Source of the DNA: Ferroacidibacillus organovorans
GTDB taxonomy: Bacteria; Bacillota; Bacilli; Alicyclobacillales; SLC66
Direction: 5' to 3'
Length of the DNA: 64,000 nucleotides
NCBI RefSeq assembly: GCF_001642725.1
Contig: NZ_LSUQ01000006.1
Span: 1-64,000 of the forward strand
Made by a program: the position numbers and the translations under genes. Every line of letters begins with the position of its first letter. Position 1 is the first letter of the stretch. Below the pieces are notes generated by a model. That model searched no databases, was not told the DNA's origin, and was given only the letters and a program-made list of their open reading frames with translations. Of this stretch, positions 51,264 through 63,156 are shown piece by piece.

Positions 51264-51929
51264 ATGGGTCAAAAGGTAAACCCTACAGGCTTGCGTATTG
51301 GTATCATTCGCGACTGGGAGTCAAAATGGTTTGCGTCCAAGAAGGACTATCGCGGTCTCTTGCATGAAGACCTTCGCATTCGTGAATTCGTGTTTCGTCG
51401 TTTGAAAGATGCAGCGGTTTCCCATGTGCAGATCGAGCGTTCGCCGAATCGCATCAATGTGACGGTGCAAACCGCGAAACCTGGCATGGTGATCGGCAAG
51501 GGCGGAACGGAAGTGGACACACTCCGAAATACGCTTAGCGACATGACGGGCAAACGTGTACACATCAATATCACGGAAATCAAATCGGCGGATCTCGACG
51601 CGAAACTGGTTGCGGACAATATTGCATTGCAGCTGCAGCGGCGGGTAGCGTTTCGTCGCGCGATGAAGCAGGCGATGCAGCGGACGCTTCGCGCGGGAGC
51701 TAAAGGGATCAAGGTGCAGGTTTCTGGTCGACTGGGCGGTGCGGACATTGCGCGGACAGAAGGCTATTCAGAAGGTACTGTTCCATTGCACACCCTTCGC
51801 GCAGATATCGACTATGCACTCTCTGAGGCGCATACGACATTTGGTCGCATCGGTGTAAAGGTATGGATTTATCGCGGAGAAATTCTCCCGACTAAAGTAA
51901 AAAAAGAGGCGGAACAGCCCGAACTCTAA
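51264..51929 (+). CDS. rpsC: 30S ribosomal protein S3
   Basis: [28 protein letters not shown]. Confidence 0.98.
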   Translation: MGQKVNPTGLRIGIIRDWESKWFASKKDYRGLLHEDLRIREFVFRRLKDAAVSHVQIERSPNRINVTVQTAKPGMVIGKGGTEVDTLRNTLSDMTGKRVHINITEIKSADLDAKLVADNIALQLQRRVAFRRAMKQAMQRTLRAGAKGIKVQVSGRLGGADIARTEGYSEGTVPLHTLRADIDYALSEAHTTFGRIGVKVWIYRGEILPTKVKKEAEQPEL

Positions 51930-51948
51930 GTTAGGGAGGCAACCAAGC

Positions 51949-52383
51949 ATGTTGATGCCAAAGCGCGTCTTACACCGTAAAGAACATCGCGGGCGTATGA
52001 CGGGAATGAGCAAGGGCGGCAACGAAGTGACGTTTGGTGAGTATGGACTACAGGCTCTTGAGCCTGCGTGGATCACCAATCGGCAAATTGAGGCTGCTCG
52101 AATTGCGATGACACGCTATATCCGTCGAGGCGGAAAAGTGTGGATCAAGATTTTCCCGAGTAAGCCAGTGACAGCAAAGCCTGCTGAGACTCGGATGGGT
52201 AGCGGTAAAGGTTCACCGGAAAAATGGGTGGCCGTAGTAAAACCAGGTCGAATTCTTTTCGAATTAGCTGGTGTTCCTGAAGAGGTTGCACGCGAGGCGT
52301 TGCGTCTGGCTGCTCATAAACTTCCGATTAAAACGAAGTTTGTCACTCGCCAGGAAGCAGGGGGTGAATCGGTTGAAGGTTAA
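51949..52383 (+). CDS. rplP: 50S ribosomal protein L16
   Basis: MLMPKR, QIEAAR, RMGSGKG. Confidence 0.98.
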   Translation: MLMPKRVLHRKEHRGRMTGMSKGGNEVTFGEYGLQALEPAWITNRQIEAARIAMTRYIRRGGKVWIKIFPSKPVTAKPAETRMGSGKGSPEKWVAVVKPGRILFELAGVPEEVAREALRLAAHKLPIKTKFVTRQEAGGESVEG

Positions 52384-52570
52384 AGAGATGCGTTCAAAGA
52401 CTAACGTAGAAATTTTGCAAGATATCGATTCACTTAAAGGCGAATTGTTCAATCTGCGCTTTCAGGTTGCCACAGGTCAGTGTGAGAATCCGATGCGCAT
52501 CCGTGAAGTTCGCAAAGCGATCGCGCGTGCAAAAACCATTTTGCGCGAGCGTGAACTGGGTATCGGTTAA
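52373..52570 (+). CDS. rpmC: 50S ribosomal protein L29
   Basis: [21 protein letters not shown] 52373. Confidence 0.95.
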   Translation: MKVKEMRSKTNVEILQDIDSLKGELFNLRFQVATGQCENPMRIREVRKAIARAKTILRERELGIG

Positions 52571-52593
52571 GCAAGACGAAAGGAGGCTGTTTG

Positions 52594-52860
52594 ATGAGCG
52601 AAGTGCGTAGTGAGCGTAAAGTTCGAAGTGGCAAGGTTGTCAGCGATAAAATGCAAAAGACAATCGTTGTGGCAGTTGAAACGACGATGCGCCATCCGCT
52701 TTATGGTAAGCGAGTAAAGCGCACGAAAAAATTCAAGGCGCACGATGAATACAACGAAGCTAAGATTGGCGATGTTGTGCGCATCATGGAGACGCGGCCA
52801 CTCAGCAAAGACAAGAATTGGCGCTTGGTGGAGATCGTTGAGAAGGCTGAGATTTTGTGA
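52594..52860 (+). CDS. rpsQ: 30S ribosomal protein S17
   Basis: [27 protein letters not shown]. Confidence 0.97.
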   Translation: MSEVRSERKVRSGKVVSDKMQKTIVVAVETTMRHPLYGKRVKRTKKFKAHDEYNEAKIGDVVRIMETRPLSKDKNWRLVEIVEKAEIL

Positions 52861-52906
52861 TCAAATGCGTGTGTAGCATCGAGTTAATGGAAGGGAGGCG
52901 CTCGCA

Positions 52907-53275
52907 GTGATTCAACCGCAAACGAGACTGGTTGTCGCCGATAATTCAGGTGCGAAAGAGATTATGTGTTTTCGTGTACTGGGTGGGTCCAACCGTAAGA
53001 CTGCGAACATCGGAGATATCATTGTGGCTTCTGTCAAAAGCGCAACACCAGGGGGCGTTGTCAAGAAAGGCGATGTTGTTAAAGCCGTCGTCGTTCGTAC
53101 CCGTCGTGGTGTCCAACGCGAAGATGGATCGTATATCCGATTTGATGAAAATGCCGCAGTCATTATTAAAGAGGACAAGGGACCACGTGGGACGCGGATC
53201 TTTGGCCCTGTCGCTCGCGAACTTCGCGATCGGGATTTTATGAAGATCATCTCCCTCGCTCCTGAGGTACTGTAA
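52907..53275 (+). CDS. rplN: 50S ribosomal protein L14
   Basis: [22 protein letters not shown]. Confidence 0.98.
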   Translation: MIQPQTRLVVADNSGAKEIMCFRVLGGSNRKTANIGDIIVASVKSATPGGVVKKGDVVKAVVVRTRRGVQREDGSYIRFDENAAVIIKEDKGPRGTRIFGPVARELRDRDFMKIISLAPEVL

Positions 53276-53288
53276 AGGAGGGATTAAC

Positions 53289-53615
53289 GTGACACAACCG
53301 AAGTTGAAGGTCAAAAAAGGCGATACGGTCATTGTGATCTCTGGCAAAAATCGCGATCAAAAGGGTAAGGTATTGGCTGTCTATCCGCGCGAAAGCCGTG
53401 TGGTGATCGAAGGCGTCAATATGATCAAGAAGCACACAAAGCCGAGCTTTCAATCGCCAGAAGGCGGTATTGTTGAGAGAGAAGCTCCGCTGCACGTTTC
53501 CAATGTTGCTCTGGTCGACCCAAAGACAGGTGGCCCAACGCGTGTAGGCTACAAAATCCTTGAGGATGGAACCAAGGTTCGCATTGCAAAAAAATCTGGT
53601 GAAGTACTCGACTAG
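53289..53615 (+). CDS. rplX: 50S ribosomal protein L24
   Basis: [20 protein letters not shown]. Confidence 0.97.
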   Translation: MTQPKLKVKKGDTVIVISGKNRDQKGKVLAVYPRESRVVIEGVNMIKKHTKPSFQSPEGGIVEREAPLHVSNVALVDPKTGGPTRVGYKILEDGTKVRIAKKSGEVLD

Positions 53616-53642
53616 TAGCCAGGTCAAAACGAGGTGATGTTC

Positions 53643-54185
53643 GTGGCAAGGTTAAAAGATCACTATGTCAGTGCGGTTACGCCGAATCTCATGGAAAAAT
53701 TCTCTTATAAAAGCGTAATGCAAGTGCCGAGAATTGAAAAAGTCGTCATCAATATGGGTGTCGGCGAAGCGGCTCAAAACGAGAAGGTTCTCGACCATGC
53801 GGTTACCGACCTAACGCTGATCGCAGGTCAAAAACCTGTGATCACAAGGGCGAAAAAGTCGATTGCCGGTTTCAAACTCCGTGAGAATCAGAAAATCGGC
53901 GTGAAAGTAACACTGCGCGGTGAGCGGATGTTTTACTTTCTCGACAAGCTTTTCAACATTGCACTCCCACGCGTTCGCGACTTTCGCGGGGTTTCTCCAA
54001 AGTCGTTTGACGGACGCGGCAATTACACGCTTGGCGTTCGCGAGCAATTGATTTTTCCTGAAATCGAGTATGACAAGATTGACAAAACTCGCGGCATGGA
54101 TATCGTCATCGTCACAACGGCGGGGAGCGACGAAGAGGCGCGCGCGCTGTTGACGGAGATGGGCATGCCTTTTCGCACTGCATAA
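53643..54185 (+). CDS. rplE: 50S ribosomal protein L5
   Basis: [25 protein letters not shown]. Confidence 0.98.
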   Translation: MARLKDHYVSAVTPNLMEKFSYKSVMQVPRIEKVVINMGVGEAAQNEKVLDHAVTDLTLIAGQKPVITRAKKSIAGFKLRENQKIGVKVTLRGERMFYFLDKLFNIALPRVRDFRGVSPKSFDGRGNYTLGVREQLIFPEIEYDKIDKTRGMDIVIVTTAGSDEEARALLTEMGMPFRTA

Positions 54186-54215
54186 TGCGGTGAGCAAGAT
54201 TAAGGAGGAACACCT

Positions 54216-54401
54216 GTGGCAAAAAAGTCGATGATCATTAAAGCGTCACGGCCCGCAAAATTCAGCACGCAGGCGTACACGCGTTGCACGCGTTGTGGAC
54301 GACCACACTCCGTACTACGTCGCTTTGGGATTTGTCGGATTTGTTTCCGCCAATTGGCACACAACGGGCAACTGCCTGGCGTGACCAAGGCGAGCTGGTA
54401 A
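54216..54401 (+). CDS. rpsN: 30S ribosomal protein S14 (type Z, Zn-binding)
   Basis: 61 aa; RCTRCGRP and CRICFR. Confidence 0.97.
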   Translation: MAKKSMIIKASRPAKFSTQAYTRCTRCGRPHSVLRRFGICRICFRQLAHNGQLPGVTKASW

Positions 54402-54427
54402 GGGGAATCGGAAGGAGGTTTTGTTTC

Positions 54428-54826
54428 ATGGTATTGTCAGATCCAATCGCGGATATGCTCACACGCATTCGAAACGGCAACATGGTCGGGCATGAGAAGG
54501 TTGACATTCCAGGGTCGAAGATTAAAAAATCGATCGCTGATATCCTGAAAGCTGAAGGATACATTCGGGATGCCGAGTTTATTGCAGATGAGAAGCAAGG
54601 CACGATTCGCGTGCACCTGAAGTATGGTCCGCAAAATACGAAGGTGATCACTGGGCTAAAGCGTATCAGCAAACCAGGGTTGCGCGTTTATGCAGGCGCC
54701 GAGGAATTGCCTCGCGTGCTTGGGGGACTTGGCATCGCGATCGTCTCGACATCGCGCGGCATCATGACGGATCGTCAAGCCCGTCAGCACAAAGTTGGCG
54801 GAGAAGTTCTCTGCTACGTTTGGTAA
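54428..54826 (+). CDS. rpsH: 30S ribosomal protein S8
   Basis: [29 protein letters not shown]. Confidence 0.98.
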   Translation: MVLSDPIADMLTRIRNGNMVGHEKVDIPGSKIKKSIADILKAEGYIRDAEFIADEKQGTIRVHLKYGPQNTKVITGLKRISKPGLRVYAGAEELPRVLGGLGIAIVSTSRGIMTDRQARQHKVGGEVLCYVW

Positions 54827-54856
54827 TCGATTCAGTCAGACAAGGGAGGTGTCGGT

Positions 54857-55396
54857 GTGTCCCGTATTGGCAGAAAGCCGATTGTTGTGCCTGCGGGTGT
54901 AACCATCACCCAGGAAGGCCACGTGTTGACCGTTAAAGGACCCAAGGGGACTTTGAGTCGCGCGCTACATGAGGACATGATCGTACGTATAGAAACCGAC
55001 GAAATTCATGTAGAACGTCCATCCGATGCAAAATTGCATCGCAGTTTGCACGGTACGACGCGCAGTGTGGTTTCCAACATGGTTGAAGGTGTCACGAAAG
55101 GCTATGAAAAAGTGCTGGATCTCGTTGGTGTCGGTTACCGCGCTACGAAGGCTGGCAACAAGGTCACCCTGACACTCGGATTTTCCCACCCGGTTGAAGT
55201 GGTTGCGGAAGAGGGTCTGGAGATTGACGTCCCGACCAATACGCGCCTTATTGTAAAAGGAATTGACAAGGAGCGTGTGGGGACATTCTCCGCAAAGATC
55301 CGTGATCTGCGCAGACCTGAGCCGTACAAAGGTAAAGGAATTCGCTATGAAAATGAAGTGGTTCGCCGCAAGGTCGGTAAGACCGGTAAGAAATAA
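54857..55396 (+). CDS. rplF: 50S ribosomal protein L6
   Basis: [19 protein letters not shown]. Confidence 0.98.
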   Translation: MSRIGRKPIVVPAGVTITQEGHVLTVKGPKGTLSRALHEDMIVRIETDEIHVERPSDAKLHRSLHGTTRSVVSNMVEGVTKGYEKVLDLVGVGYRATKAGNKVTLTLGFSHPVEVVAEEGLEIDVPTNTRLIVKGIDKERVGTFSAKIRDLRRPEPYKGKGIRYENEVVRRKVGKTGKK

Positions 55397-55415
55397 CCGG
55401 AAGGGGGCGTAAACG

Positions 55416-55784
55416 GTGATTAATAAAGTTGATAAAGTCGCGGGCCGCGCGAGAAGACACTCGCGGATTCGCAAAAACCTGACGGGTTCCCCTGCGCGTC
55501 CGAGGTTGAATGTGTTTCGCTCTGGCAAGCACATCTATGCGCAAGTCATCGATGATTCGGCGTCTCGCACACTCGTCTCCGCATCGTCTGTCGAAAAGGA
55601 TCTCAAAACGGAGATTCCACACGGCAATACGGTGGAAGCAGCGAAAGCGATTGGTCGCATTGTGGCAAAACGTGCTAAAGAAGCAGGGATTTCAACAGTC
55701 GTTTTTGATCGCGGCGGTTATCTCTATCACGGACGGATTCAGGCGCTTGCCGACGCTGCTCGTGAAGAAGGCCTCGAGTTTTAA
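55416..55784 (+). CDS. rplR: 50S ribosomal protein L18
   Basis: [21 protein letters not shown]. Confidence 0.97.
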   Translation: MINKVDKVAGRARRHSRIRKNLTGSPARPRLNVFRSGKHIYAQVIDDSASRTLVSASSVEKDLKTEIPHGNTVEAAKAIGRIVAKRAKEAGISTVVFDRGGYLYHGRIQALADAAREEGLEF

Positions 55785-55813
55785 CTTGAAAGGACAAGGA
55801 GGGAATCTCGCAG

Positions 55814-56311
55814 GTGCGCATTGATCCGACTAACCTCGATTTGACAGAGAAAGTAGTACACATCAACCGCGTCGCCAAAGTGGTGAAAGGCGGTCGTCGC
55901 TTCAGTTTCAGCGCGCTCGTCGTCGTCGGCGACGGTCAAGGGCATGTTGGCGCTGGTCTTGGCAAAGCTTCGGAGGTTCAAGAAGCTGTACGTAAGGGTG
56001 TCGCGGATGCGAAGAAGAATCTCATTAGCGTCGCAATGCAACGCACGTCGGTCCCACACGAGATTTTGGGACGCTTTGGCGCTGGTCGCGTCTTGATCAA
56101 GCCAGCGCGCGAAGGTACGGGTGTTATTGCAGGCGGTCCTGTTCGCGCAGTGATCGAACTCGCAGGGATTAAGGATATTGTGACAAAGTCGCTTGGCTCT
56201 TCAAACTCCATCAACATGGTACACGCAACACTTGAAGGTCTTCGTCAATTGAAACGCCCTGAAGACGTTGCAAAAATGCGCGGTAAAACGGTTGAAGAGA
56301 TTCGCGGATAA
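55814..56311 (+). CDS. rpsE: 30S ribosomal protein S5
   Basis: [19 protein letters not shown]. Confidence 0.98.
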   Translation: MRIDPTNLDLTEKVVHINRVAKVVKGGRRFSFSALVVVGDGQGHVGAGLGKASEVQEAVRKGVADAKKNLISVAMQRTSVPHEILGRFGAGRVLIKPAREGTGVIAGGPVRAVIELAGIKDIVTKSLGSSNSINMVHATLEGLRQLKRPEDVAKMRGKTVEEIRG

Positions 56312-56363
56312 TACGTGATTCGGATCCGCTGAATCTACTGTGTTTTGTAGGAGGTGCATCGTC

Positions 56364-56549
56364 GTGAAACAAGTGGAAATCACCTTGGTGAAGAGCCTGA
56401 TTGGCCAGAATGAGAAACAAAGAGCAACGGTACAGGCTTTGGGACTTCGCAAGATTCGCCAATCGATCGTTCGGGAAGATTCGCCATCCTTACGCGGTAT
56501 GATCGACAAGGTTGGGCACCTCGTTCAGTACAAAGTGATTGAAGCGTAA
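56364..56549 (+). CDS. rpmD: 50S ribosomal protein L30
   Basis: ITLVKSLIG, ALGLRK, GMIDKVGHLV. Confidence 0.96.
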   Translation: MKQVEITLVKSLIGQNEKQRATVQALGLRKIRQSIVREDSPSLRGMIDKVGHLVQYKVIEA

Positions 56550-56600
56550 CAGACGTGAATACGGAACGGGTCACTCATCGACCCGATCGGAGGGATCGCA

Positions 56601-57044
56601 TTGAATCTTCATGAACTATCTCCGCAACCCGGATCGCGCAAAAGTCGCAAGCGTTTGGGACGCGGAATCGGTTCTGGACTTGGAAAAACATCGGGGCGCG
56701 GACACAAAGGTCAGTGGGCGCGTTCAGGCGGTGGTGTACGTCTCGGATTTGAGGGTGGTCAGACACCGCTTTTCCGTCGACTGCCAAAGCGCGGTTTTTC
56801 CAATGAACCGTTTAAAACGGAGTATGCAATTGTTAATGTGGGTCAGTTGAAGTCGTTTGAAGCGGGTACGGTCGTGACACCTGAGCTCCTTCTTGAGCGT
56901 CGGATCATCCGTAAGCTGAAAGATGGCGTCAAGCTGCTTGGCGAGGGGGAAATCGCAATGGGCGTGACAGTTCGCGTGCATGCGGCTTCTTCGAGCGCTG
57001 TGGAAAAGATTCAAAATGCGGGTGGCACGGTTGAGGTGATCTGA
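56601..57044 (+). CDS. rplO: 50S ribosomal protein L15
   Basis: [24 protein letters not shown]. Confidence 0.97.
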   Translation: MNLHELSPQPGSRKSRKRLGRGIGSGLGKTSGRGHKGQWARSGGGVRLGFEGGQTPLFRRLPKRGFSNEPFKTEYAIVNVGQLKSFEAGTVVTPELLLERRIIRKLKDGVKLLGEGEIAMGVTVRVHAASSSAVEKIQNAGGTVEVI

Positions 57045-58342
57045 TGGCGTCGACGTTGGCGGGTGTATTTCGGGCGAAGGATTTGCGCAAGCGCATCCTG
57101 TTTACCTTGATGATTCTCGCCGTCTATCGCATTGGCGTCATCATTCCCGTACCGGGAGTCAACGCGACGATGCTCCAATCTCTCGCATCGAAAAGCGCGG
57201 TGATTGGACTGCTCAACACCTTTTCAGGCGGCGCGCTCAATCGTTTTTCCATCTTTACGATGAACATTTACCCGTACGTCACTGCATCGATCATCGTCCA
57301 GTTGCTTTCGCAAGGCGTTATCCAGCGCTGGGACGACTGGTCGAAAGAAGGCGAAACGGGTCGGGCGAAACTGACACAGTGGACGCGGTTTCTCACAGTG
57401 GGTCTGGGTATCGTTCAGGCCGTTGCGCTAACCTTTTCGTTCAGTCGTCAGTTAGGAGCCGGGTTTATCGTTGATCCATCCATTTGGACGTATGCGCTGA
57501 TTGCGATCACAATGACTGCGGGCACCGTTTTCATGATGTGGCTCGGGGAACAGATCACAGACAAGGGCATCGGTAACGGGATCTCGGTGATCATTCTGCT
57601 GAGTATCTTGTCTCGCGTCGAGACGGTGATCCCGTTGCTTTATGCAAACTGGTTTCAAGCGCATCCCGGACAGATTTTCCTGAATGTCTTGAAGGTGGTT
57701 ATCCTTCTCGCGGTTGTTCTGCTTATGACGGTGTTCATCGTCTTTGTGCAACAAGGTGTGAGACGCATTGCTATCCAGTACGCAAAACGACAAGTGGGTT
57801 CAACGGTGTACGGCGGTCAAAGTGCGCACATTCCGATCAAGGTGAATGCGGCGGGTGTTATTCCTGTCATCTTTGCCACATCGCTGTTGTTTCTTCCGGC
57901 GATTATTGGCGGGTTCATTCAAGGAAGTCCGGTAGGTCAGTGGTTAGTGAACTTCTTCTCACCCACCAACTGGATCTTCGATGTTCTTGAGTTCGCATTG
58001 ATTGTCGGGTTCACGTTCTTTTACACGCTGGTGCAAATGAACCCGCAACAGATGGCGGAAAACCTCCAGAAGAATGCTGGATCAATACCCGGCATTCGCC
58101 CTGGGAAGGCCACAGAGGATTACATTACGCGACTCCTCAACCGTCTCTCGCTGATTGGCGGATTGTTCCTGGCCGTTGTCTCGATCCTACCGCTCGCCTT
58201 CATGAGTATCGGTGGCATGAGCCAGATCAATAGCTACTACAGCGGAACATCGTTTCTCATCGTCATCACCGTCGCGCTTGACACCATGCGACAGCTTGAG
58301 GGGCAGATCTTGCAGCGCAGTTATCGAGGCTTCATTCGCTAA
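57044..58342 (+). CDS. secY: Preprotein translocase subunit SecY
   Basis: PYVTASIIVQLL, WLGEQIT, GIGNGIS, GVIPVIFA, IPGIRPG. Confidence 0.97.
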   Translation: MASTLAGVFRAKDLRKRILFTLMILAVYRIGVIIPVPGVNATMLQSLASKSAVIGLLNTFSGGALNRFSIFTMNIYPYVTASIIVQLLSQGVIQRWDDWSKEGETGRAKLTQWTRFLTVGLGIVQAVALTFSFSRQLGAGFIVDPSIWTYALIAITMTAGTVFMMWLGEQITDKGIGNGISVIILLSILSRVETVIPLLYANWFQAHPGQIFLNVLKVVILLAVVLLMTVFIVFVQQGVRRIAIQYAKRQVGSTVYGGQSAHIPIKVNAAGVIPVIFATSLLFLPAIIGGFIQGSPVGQWLVNFFSPTNWIFDVLEFALIVGFTFFYTLVQMNPQQMAENLQKNAGSIPGIRPGKATEDYITRLLNRLSLIGGLFLAVVSILPLAFMSIGGMSQINSYYSGTSFLIVITVALDTMRQLEGQILQRSYRGFIR

Positions 58343-58365
58343 CGCGATGCGCGGGGGGCAGTAAA

Positions 58366-59019
58366 ATGCAGATCGTATTCCTGGGATTGCCCGGGGCGGG
58401 TAAGGGAACACAGGCGACTTCGATCACCGAAGAGTTCCGAATTCCCCATATCGCAACCGGTGACATGTTCAGGGCTGCGCGCGCCGCGGGAACACCGCTT
58501 GGCGAGGAGGTCAAAGGGTATCTGGATGCCGGGCGTCTTGTACCTGATGAACTGACGATTCGCGTCGTAGAAGACCGCCTGATGAAAGAGGATTGCAAAG
58601 GCGGGTTCTTGCTTGACGGGTTTCCGCGCACGGTGCCACAGGCGACAGCGCTCGATGATGTGTTGAGCGGGCTAGGAAAACCGGTGACGCATGTTTTGTA
58701 TCTCAACGTGAGCCCGTCCGAATTGCTCGCGCGAATCACGGGGCGGCGCGTATGCCCGTCTTGTGGTGCATCGTACCATCTGTCGTTTCATCCGCCGACG
58801 CAAGCCGGAATCTGCGATCGCTGTGGTGCTGAACTCATTCAGCGGAGTGACGATACGCCTGATGCGGTGGCGGTGCGAATCGAAGAAAATTTAAAGCGTA
58901 CGCAGGTGCTCGTTGAACGCTATCGCGAGCGCGGTGTGTTGACACAGATTGACGGGGAACAACCCATCGATACGGTGTACAGCCAGATTCGCGATACGCT
59001 TCGAGGGAATGTTCGTTGA
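58366..59019 (+). CDS. adk: Adenylate kinase (Zn-lid type)
   Basis: [17 protein letters not shown], two CxxC in lid. Confidence 0.97.
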   Translation: MQIVFLGLPGAGKGTQATSITEEFRIPHIATGDMFRAARAAGTPLGEEVKGYLDAGRLVPDELTIRVVEDRLMKEDCKGGFLLDGFPRTVPQATALDDVLSGLGKPVTHVLYLNVSPSELLARITGRRVCPSCGASYHLSFHPPTQAGICDRCGAELIQRSDDTPDAVAVRIEENLKRTQVLVERYRERGVLTQIDGEQPIDTVYSQIRDTLRGNVR

Positions 59020-59762
59020 TCACGCTTAAGTCTCAACGCGAATTGGAGATCATGCGTGAGGCTGGACGCATTGTGGCGAGAGTGCATCAATTGATGCGCA
59101 CGCTCGTGCAACCGGGAATCACAACGGCAGAACTTGACGCGGAGGCGGAAAAGCTTATCCGCGCGCATGATGCGACACCGTCGTTTAAGGGGTATAACGG
59201 GTTTCCGGCCTCCATTTGCGCATCGGTAAATGAAGAGCTGGTGCACGGAATTCCCGGAATGCGCGTGTTGCGCGAAGGAGACATTGTTTCGATTGATGTC
59301 GGTGCGAAGTGGAACGGCTTCCACGGAGACTCCGCATTCACGTACGCTGTGGGGCAGATTCATCCGGACGCGCAGGCGCTTCTCGATGTAACTGAGCAAT
59401 CGCTGTACGAGGGAATCCATCACGTGCGCTCGGAGAATCGTCTGTCTGATGTCTCTCACGCCATCCAGATGTACGTCGAGGCGCGAAACGGTTCGATCGT
59501 GCGCGATTATGTCGGACACGGCATCGGACGCGAGATGCATGAGTCCCCCCAGATTCCAAACTTTGGCCCGGCGGGCAAAGGCCCGCGGTTGCGTCCCGGA
59601 ATGGTACTTGCGATTGAGCCGATGGTCAATGCAGGCAGCTATGAAGTGCGGACCCTCTCGGACAACTGGACGGTGGTTACGGCGGATGGTTCGCTTTGTG
59701 CACATTTTGAGCACACCATCGCCGTTACGGAAGACGGACCACTCATCATGACTGCGCTGTGA
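59016..59762 (+). CDS. map: Methionine aminopeptidase type I
   Basis: [29 protein letters not shown]. Confidence 0.97.
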   Translation: MITLKSQRELEIMREAGRIVARVHQLMRTLVQPGITTAELDAEAEKLIRAHDATPSFKGYNGFPASICASVNEELVHGIPGMRVLREGDIVSIDVGAKWNGFHGDSAFTYAVGQIHPDAQALLDVTEQSLYEGIHHVRSENRLSDVSHAIQMYVEARNGSIVRDYVGHGIGREMHESPQIPNFGPAGKGPRLRPGMVLAIEPMVNAGSYEVRTLSDNWTVVTADGSLCAHFEHTIAVTEDGPLIMTAL

Positions 59763-59843
59763 CGGAGAAAATCGTAAGACGCCTTCCCCTTTGTCAAGGG
59801 AGAGGGGCAACAGGCGAATGAAGCAGAAAAAGGGGTGCCATGC

Positions 59844-60062
59844 GTGGCAAAAGACGATGTCATTGAAGTCGAAGGTAAAGTGATCGAGCCGCTACCCAAT
59901 GCGATGTTCCGAGTTGAACTGGAGAATGGCCATAAGATTCTTGCGCATGTATCCGGTAAGATTCGTATGAACTACATCAAGATCTTGCCTGGGGACAGAG
60001 TGACGGTCGAGTTGTCACCCTATGATCTTACTCGGGGTCGGATCACGTATCGTTACAAGTAA
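59844..60062 (+). CDS. infA: Translation initiation factor IF-1
   Basis: [31 protein letters not shown]. Confidence 0.98.
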   Translation: MAKDDVIEVEGKVIEPLPNAMFRVELENGHKILAHVSGKIRMNYIKILPGDRVTVELSPYDLTRGRITYRYK

Positions 60063-60089
60063 TTGACCTTGTGAGAGGAGGCGCACGAC

Positions 60090-60203
60090 GTGAAAGTTCG
60101 TCCTTCCGTCAAGCCGATCTGCGAAAAGTGCAAGATCATTCGTCGCAAAGGCAACGTGATGGTTATTTGCGAAAATCCAAAACACAAGCAACGCCAGGGT
60201 TAA
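60090..60203 (+). CDS. rpmJ: 50S ribosomal protein L36 (not in ORF track)
   Basis: [47 protein letters not shown]. Confidence 0.97.
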   Translation: MKVRPSVKPICEKCKIIRRKGNVMVICENPKHKQRQG

Positions 60204-60243
60204 CCTGATGCAAAGATTGAAAGACTATTAGGAGGTGCAGTGA

Positions 60244-60612
60244 ATGGCACGTATCGCAGGCGTCGACTTGCCTCGCGACAAGCGCGTGGAGATCGGCTTA
60301 ACCTATATCTTTGGCATTGGCCGTCCAACCGCAAATGCGATTCTGGCAAAAACCGAGATTAACAAGGATACGCGTATTCGCGATCTTTCGGATGAAGATG
60401 TACAAAAGCTTCGCGATGAGATCGACAAGACGTTAAAGGTTGAAGGCGATCTACGTCGTGAGATTGCGCTGAATATTAAACGTCTCATCGAAATCGGTTC
60501 TTTCCGTGGCGTTCGTCATCGCAAGGGTCTGCCGGTTCGTGGACAGCGGAGCAAAACCAATGCGCGCACGCGCAAAGGCCCGCGTCGCACGGTTGCTGGC
60601 AAGAAGAAATAA
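60244..60612 (+). CDS. rpsM: 30S ribosomal protein S13
   Basis: [27 protein letters not shown]. Confidence 0.98.
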   Translation: MARIAGVDLPRDKRVEIGLTYIFGIGRPTANAILAKTEINKDTRIRDLSDEDVQKLRDEIDKTLKVEGDLRREIALNIKRLIEIGSFRGVRHRKGLPVRGQRSKTNARTRKGPRRTVAGKKK

Positions 60613-60624
60613 GGAGGTCTGCAC

Positions 60625-61035
60625 GTGGCGACTAAGGTTAAACGCAAATCGGCTGCAACCGCTCGACCAAAGCGTCGGGACCGCAAAAATGTTGAAGTGG
60701 GAATCGCGCACATTCGCTCGACGTTTAACAACACGATTGTTACGATTACGGATCCAACAGGAAACGCGATCAGCTGGGCGAGTTCAGGCGGTTTAGGATT
60801 CAAAGGTTCACGCAAAAGCACGCCGTTTGCAGCGCAAATGGCCGCGGAGTCTGCCGGTCAGGCTGCAATGGAGCACGGAATGAAGTCGGTCGAAGTCTAT
60901 GTCAAGGGACCGGGCGCAGGACGTGAAGCGGCAATTCGCTCCCTTCAGTCCGTGGGACTTGAAGTTTCTGCGATCCGCGACGTAACGCCGATCCCACACA
61001 ATGGGTGCCGCCCTCCGAAACGCCGTCGCGTATAA
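60625..61035 (+). CDS. rpsK: 30S ribosomal protein S11
   Basis: [32 protein letters not shown]. Confidence 0.98.
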   Translation: MATKVKRKSAATARPKRRDRKNVEVGIAHIRSTFNNTIVTITDPTGNAISWASSGGLGFKGSRKSTPFAAQMAAESAGQAAMEHGMKSVEVYVKGPGAGREAAIRSLQSVGLEVSAIRDVTPIPHNGCRPPKRRRV

Positions 61036-61095
61036 CGCAAACCATGCGCGAGTAGGCTCGCGTTTTGATGAATTCATGGAGGTGTCAATCACAGA

Positions 61096-61728
61096 ATGGC
61101 TCGATATTCTGACCCTGTCTGCAGAATTTGCCGCCGCGAGGGATTAAAGCTCTACCTAAAGGGTGAGCGTTGTTACACGGATAAGTGTGCAATTGATCGT
61201 CGCGGTTATGCACCTGGCCAACACGGCCAAACGCAAGGTCGCAAACGTACCAGTGAGTACGGATTGCAACTGCGCGAGAAGCAAAAAGCACGCAAAATGT
61301 ATGGCGTGCTCGAGAAGCAATTCCGCGCATATTACGATGAAGCGGCGCGTCGCAAAGGGATCACGGGTGATACACTCTTGCAACTGCTTGAAACGCGTCT
61401 CGACAATGTCGTGTACCGTCTCGGCTTTGCAGCGTCCCGCCCGGAAGCGCGTCAACTCGTCAAACACGGTCATTTTGAAGTCAACGGCCGTCGAGTCGAC
61501 ATTCCGTCCTACCAAGTGCGTATTGGGGAGTTGGTGAGTGTTCGCGAGAAGAGCGCTACATCCCCTAAGTTTAAAGAGTTGCTCGAAGCGGCGGAAGGAA
61601 AAACCGTATTGTCGTGGCTCGAGCGCGACATGGTTACGCGAAGCGGTAAAGCGACACGCCTGCCCGCACGCGAAGAAATCGATGCACCAGTAACGGAGCA
61701 ACTGATCATCGAATATTACTCGCGATAA
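61096..61728 (+). CDS. rpsD: 30S ribosomal protein S4 (four-Cys Zn form)
   Basis: [10 protein letters not shown]...[23 protein letters not shown]. Confidence 0.97.
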   Translation: MARYSDPVCRICRREGLKLYLKGERCYTDKCAIDRRGYAPGQHGQTQGRKRTSEYGLQLREKQKARKMYGVLEKQFRAYYDEAARRKGITGDTLLQLLETRLDNVVYRLGFAASRPEARQLVKHGHFEVNGRRVDIPSYQVRIGELVSVREKSATSPKFKELLEAAEGKTVLSWLERDMVTRSGKATRLPAREEIDAPVTEQLIIEYYSR

Positions 61729-61790
61729 GTGCGACCTGCCCGATCTCGCGCGTGGCGCGGGTCGGCTTCGTCCTGAGGGAGGGTTAGTGG

Positions 61791-62735
61791 ATGAACGATA
61801 GGGAAAAGTCACGCATCCTGATCGAAGAGATCAGTGAGGATGGAAAGTACGGCAAGTTCGTGATCGAACCGCTTGACCGAGGTTACGGAACGACACTTGG
61901 AAATTCGTTGCGTAGGGTGCTTCTCTCGTCGCTGGAGGGAGCGGCTGTAACGTCCGTCAAGATTGAGGGCGTATTGCATGAGTTTTCAACGATTCCAGGT
62001 GTTGTGGAAGACACGACGGAGTTTATCCTCAATGTCAAGAAACTGGCATTGAAAATTCACTCTGACGAGTATAAGCGACTGATTATTGACATCGATCAAC
62101 CTGGAGAAATTCGTGCAGGCGATATTCGCGGTGATTCGGATGTGGAGATTCTCAATCCGGATCTGCACATCGCGACGCTTGCCCCGGGTTCCCGCATCTA
62201 TGTCGAAATGATGGCGCGAACGGGGCGCAGCTACATTCCGGCGAATCTGAACAAAGGCGAAGAGCAGGAGATTGGCGTGCTGCCGATCGATTCGATCTTC
62301 TCCCCGATCTACCGCGTGAATTATCAGGTTGAGAACACGCGCGTTGGGCAGATTACCGACTATGACAAGTTGACGCTTGAGGTGTGGACGGATGGCAGTG
62401 TTCGGCCAGATGAAGCGGTGAGCGACGCTTCCCGCATCCTGATTGAACAATTGGACCCGTTTCGCCGTTTGACAGATCACGGACGCCCGCTCGACACGAC
62501 ACTTGAGCGTGGTGACGAAAAGCATGACAAGGCTTTGGATATGACCATCGAAGAGCTTGATCTTTCGGTGCGTTCCTATAATTGCCTAAAGCGTGCAGGA
62601 ATCAACACGGTTGCGGAACTCTGTTCCCGCACGGAAGAAGAAATGATGAAGGTGCGTAACCTCGGCCGTAAGTCGCTGGAGGAAGTGCTTGAAAAATTGG
62701 AACGTCTCGAGTTGGGCTTGCGCCCAGACGAGTGA
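61791..62735 (+). CDS. rpoA: RNA polymerase alpha subunit
   Basis: [31 protein letters not shown]. Confidence 0.98.
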   Translation: MNDREKSRILIEEISEDGKYGKFVIEPLDRGYGTTLGNSLRRVLLSSLEGAAVTSVKIEGVLHEFSTIPGVVEDTTEFILNVKKLALKIHSDEYKRLIIDIDQPGEIRAGDIRGDSDVEILNPDLHIATLAPGSRIYVEMMARTGRSYIPANLNKGEEQEIGVLPIDSIFSPIYRVNYQVENTRVGQITDYDKLTLEVWTDGSVRPDEAVSDASRILIEQLDPFRRLTDHGRPLDTTLERGDEKHDKALDMTIEELDLSVRSYNCLKRAGINTVAELCSRTEEEMMKVRNLGRKSLEEVLEKLERLELGLRPDE

Positions 62736-62767
62736 AACTAGGCTGAGAGGCTGAAGGAGGAGTTACA

Positions 62768-63145
62768 ATGGCCATGGGCTACCGCAAGCTCAATCGGCGC
62801 ACGGGTTCGCGCGAAGCGATGTTTCGCAGTCTCGTCACGGATCTCTTCATGTATGGAAGGATTCGCACGACAGAGGCGAAAGCCAAAGAGCTTCGCAAAC
62901 TCGCGGATAAGATGATTACTCTCGCAAAGCGTGGCGATCTGCATTCCCGTCGCCTCGCCGCTGCGTATGTTCGTCCGGAAATGGTGCAAGTCGAGGGCGA
63001 AGCAACGCAAAATGTGCTGCAAAAGCTGTTCACGGAGATTGGTCCGAAATTCGCGGAGCGTCAAGGCGGCTACACGCGCATTCTTAAACTCGGACCACGT
63101 CGCGGCGATGCAACAGAGATGGTTTACATCGAGCTCGTCGAGTAG
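62768..63145 (+). CDS. rplQ: 50S ribosomal protein L17
   Basis: [26 protein letters not shown]. Confidence 0.97.
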   Translation: MAMGYRKLNRRTGSREAMFRSLVTDLFMYGRIRTTEAKAKELRKLADKMITLAKRGDLHSRRLAAAYVRPEMVQVEGEATQNVLQKLFTEIGPKFAERQGGYTRILKLGPRRGDATEMVYIELVE

Positions 63146-63156
63146 TTTGCATTGCG

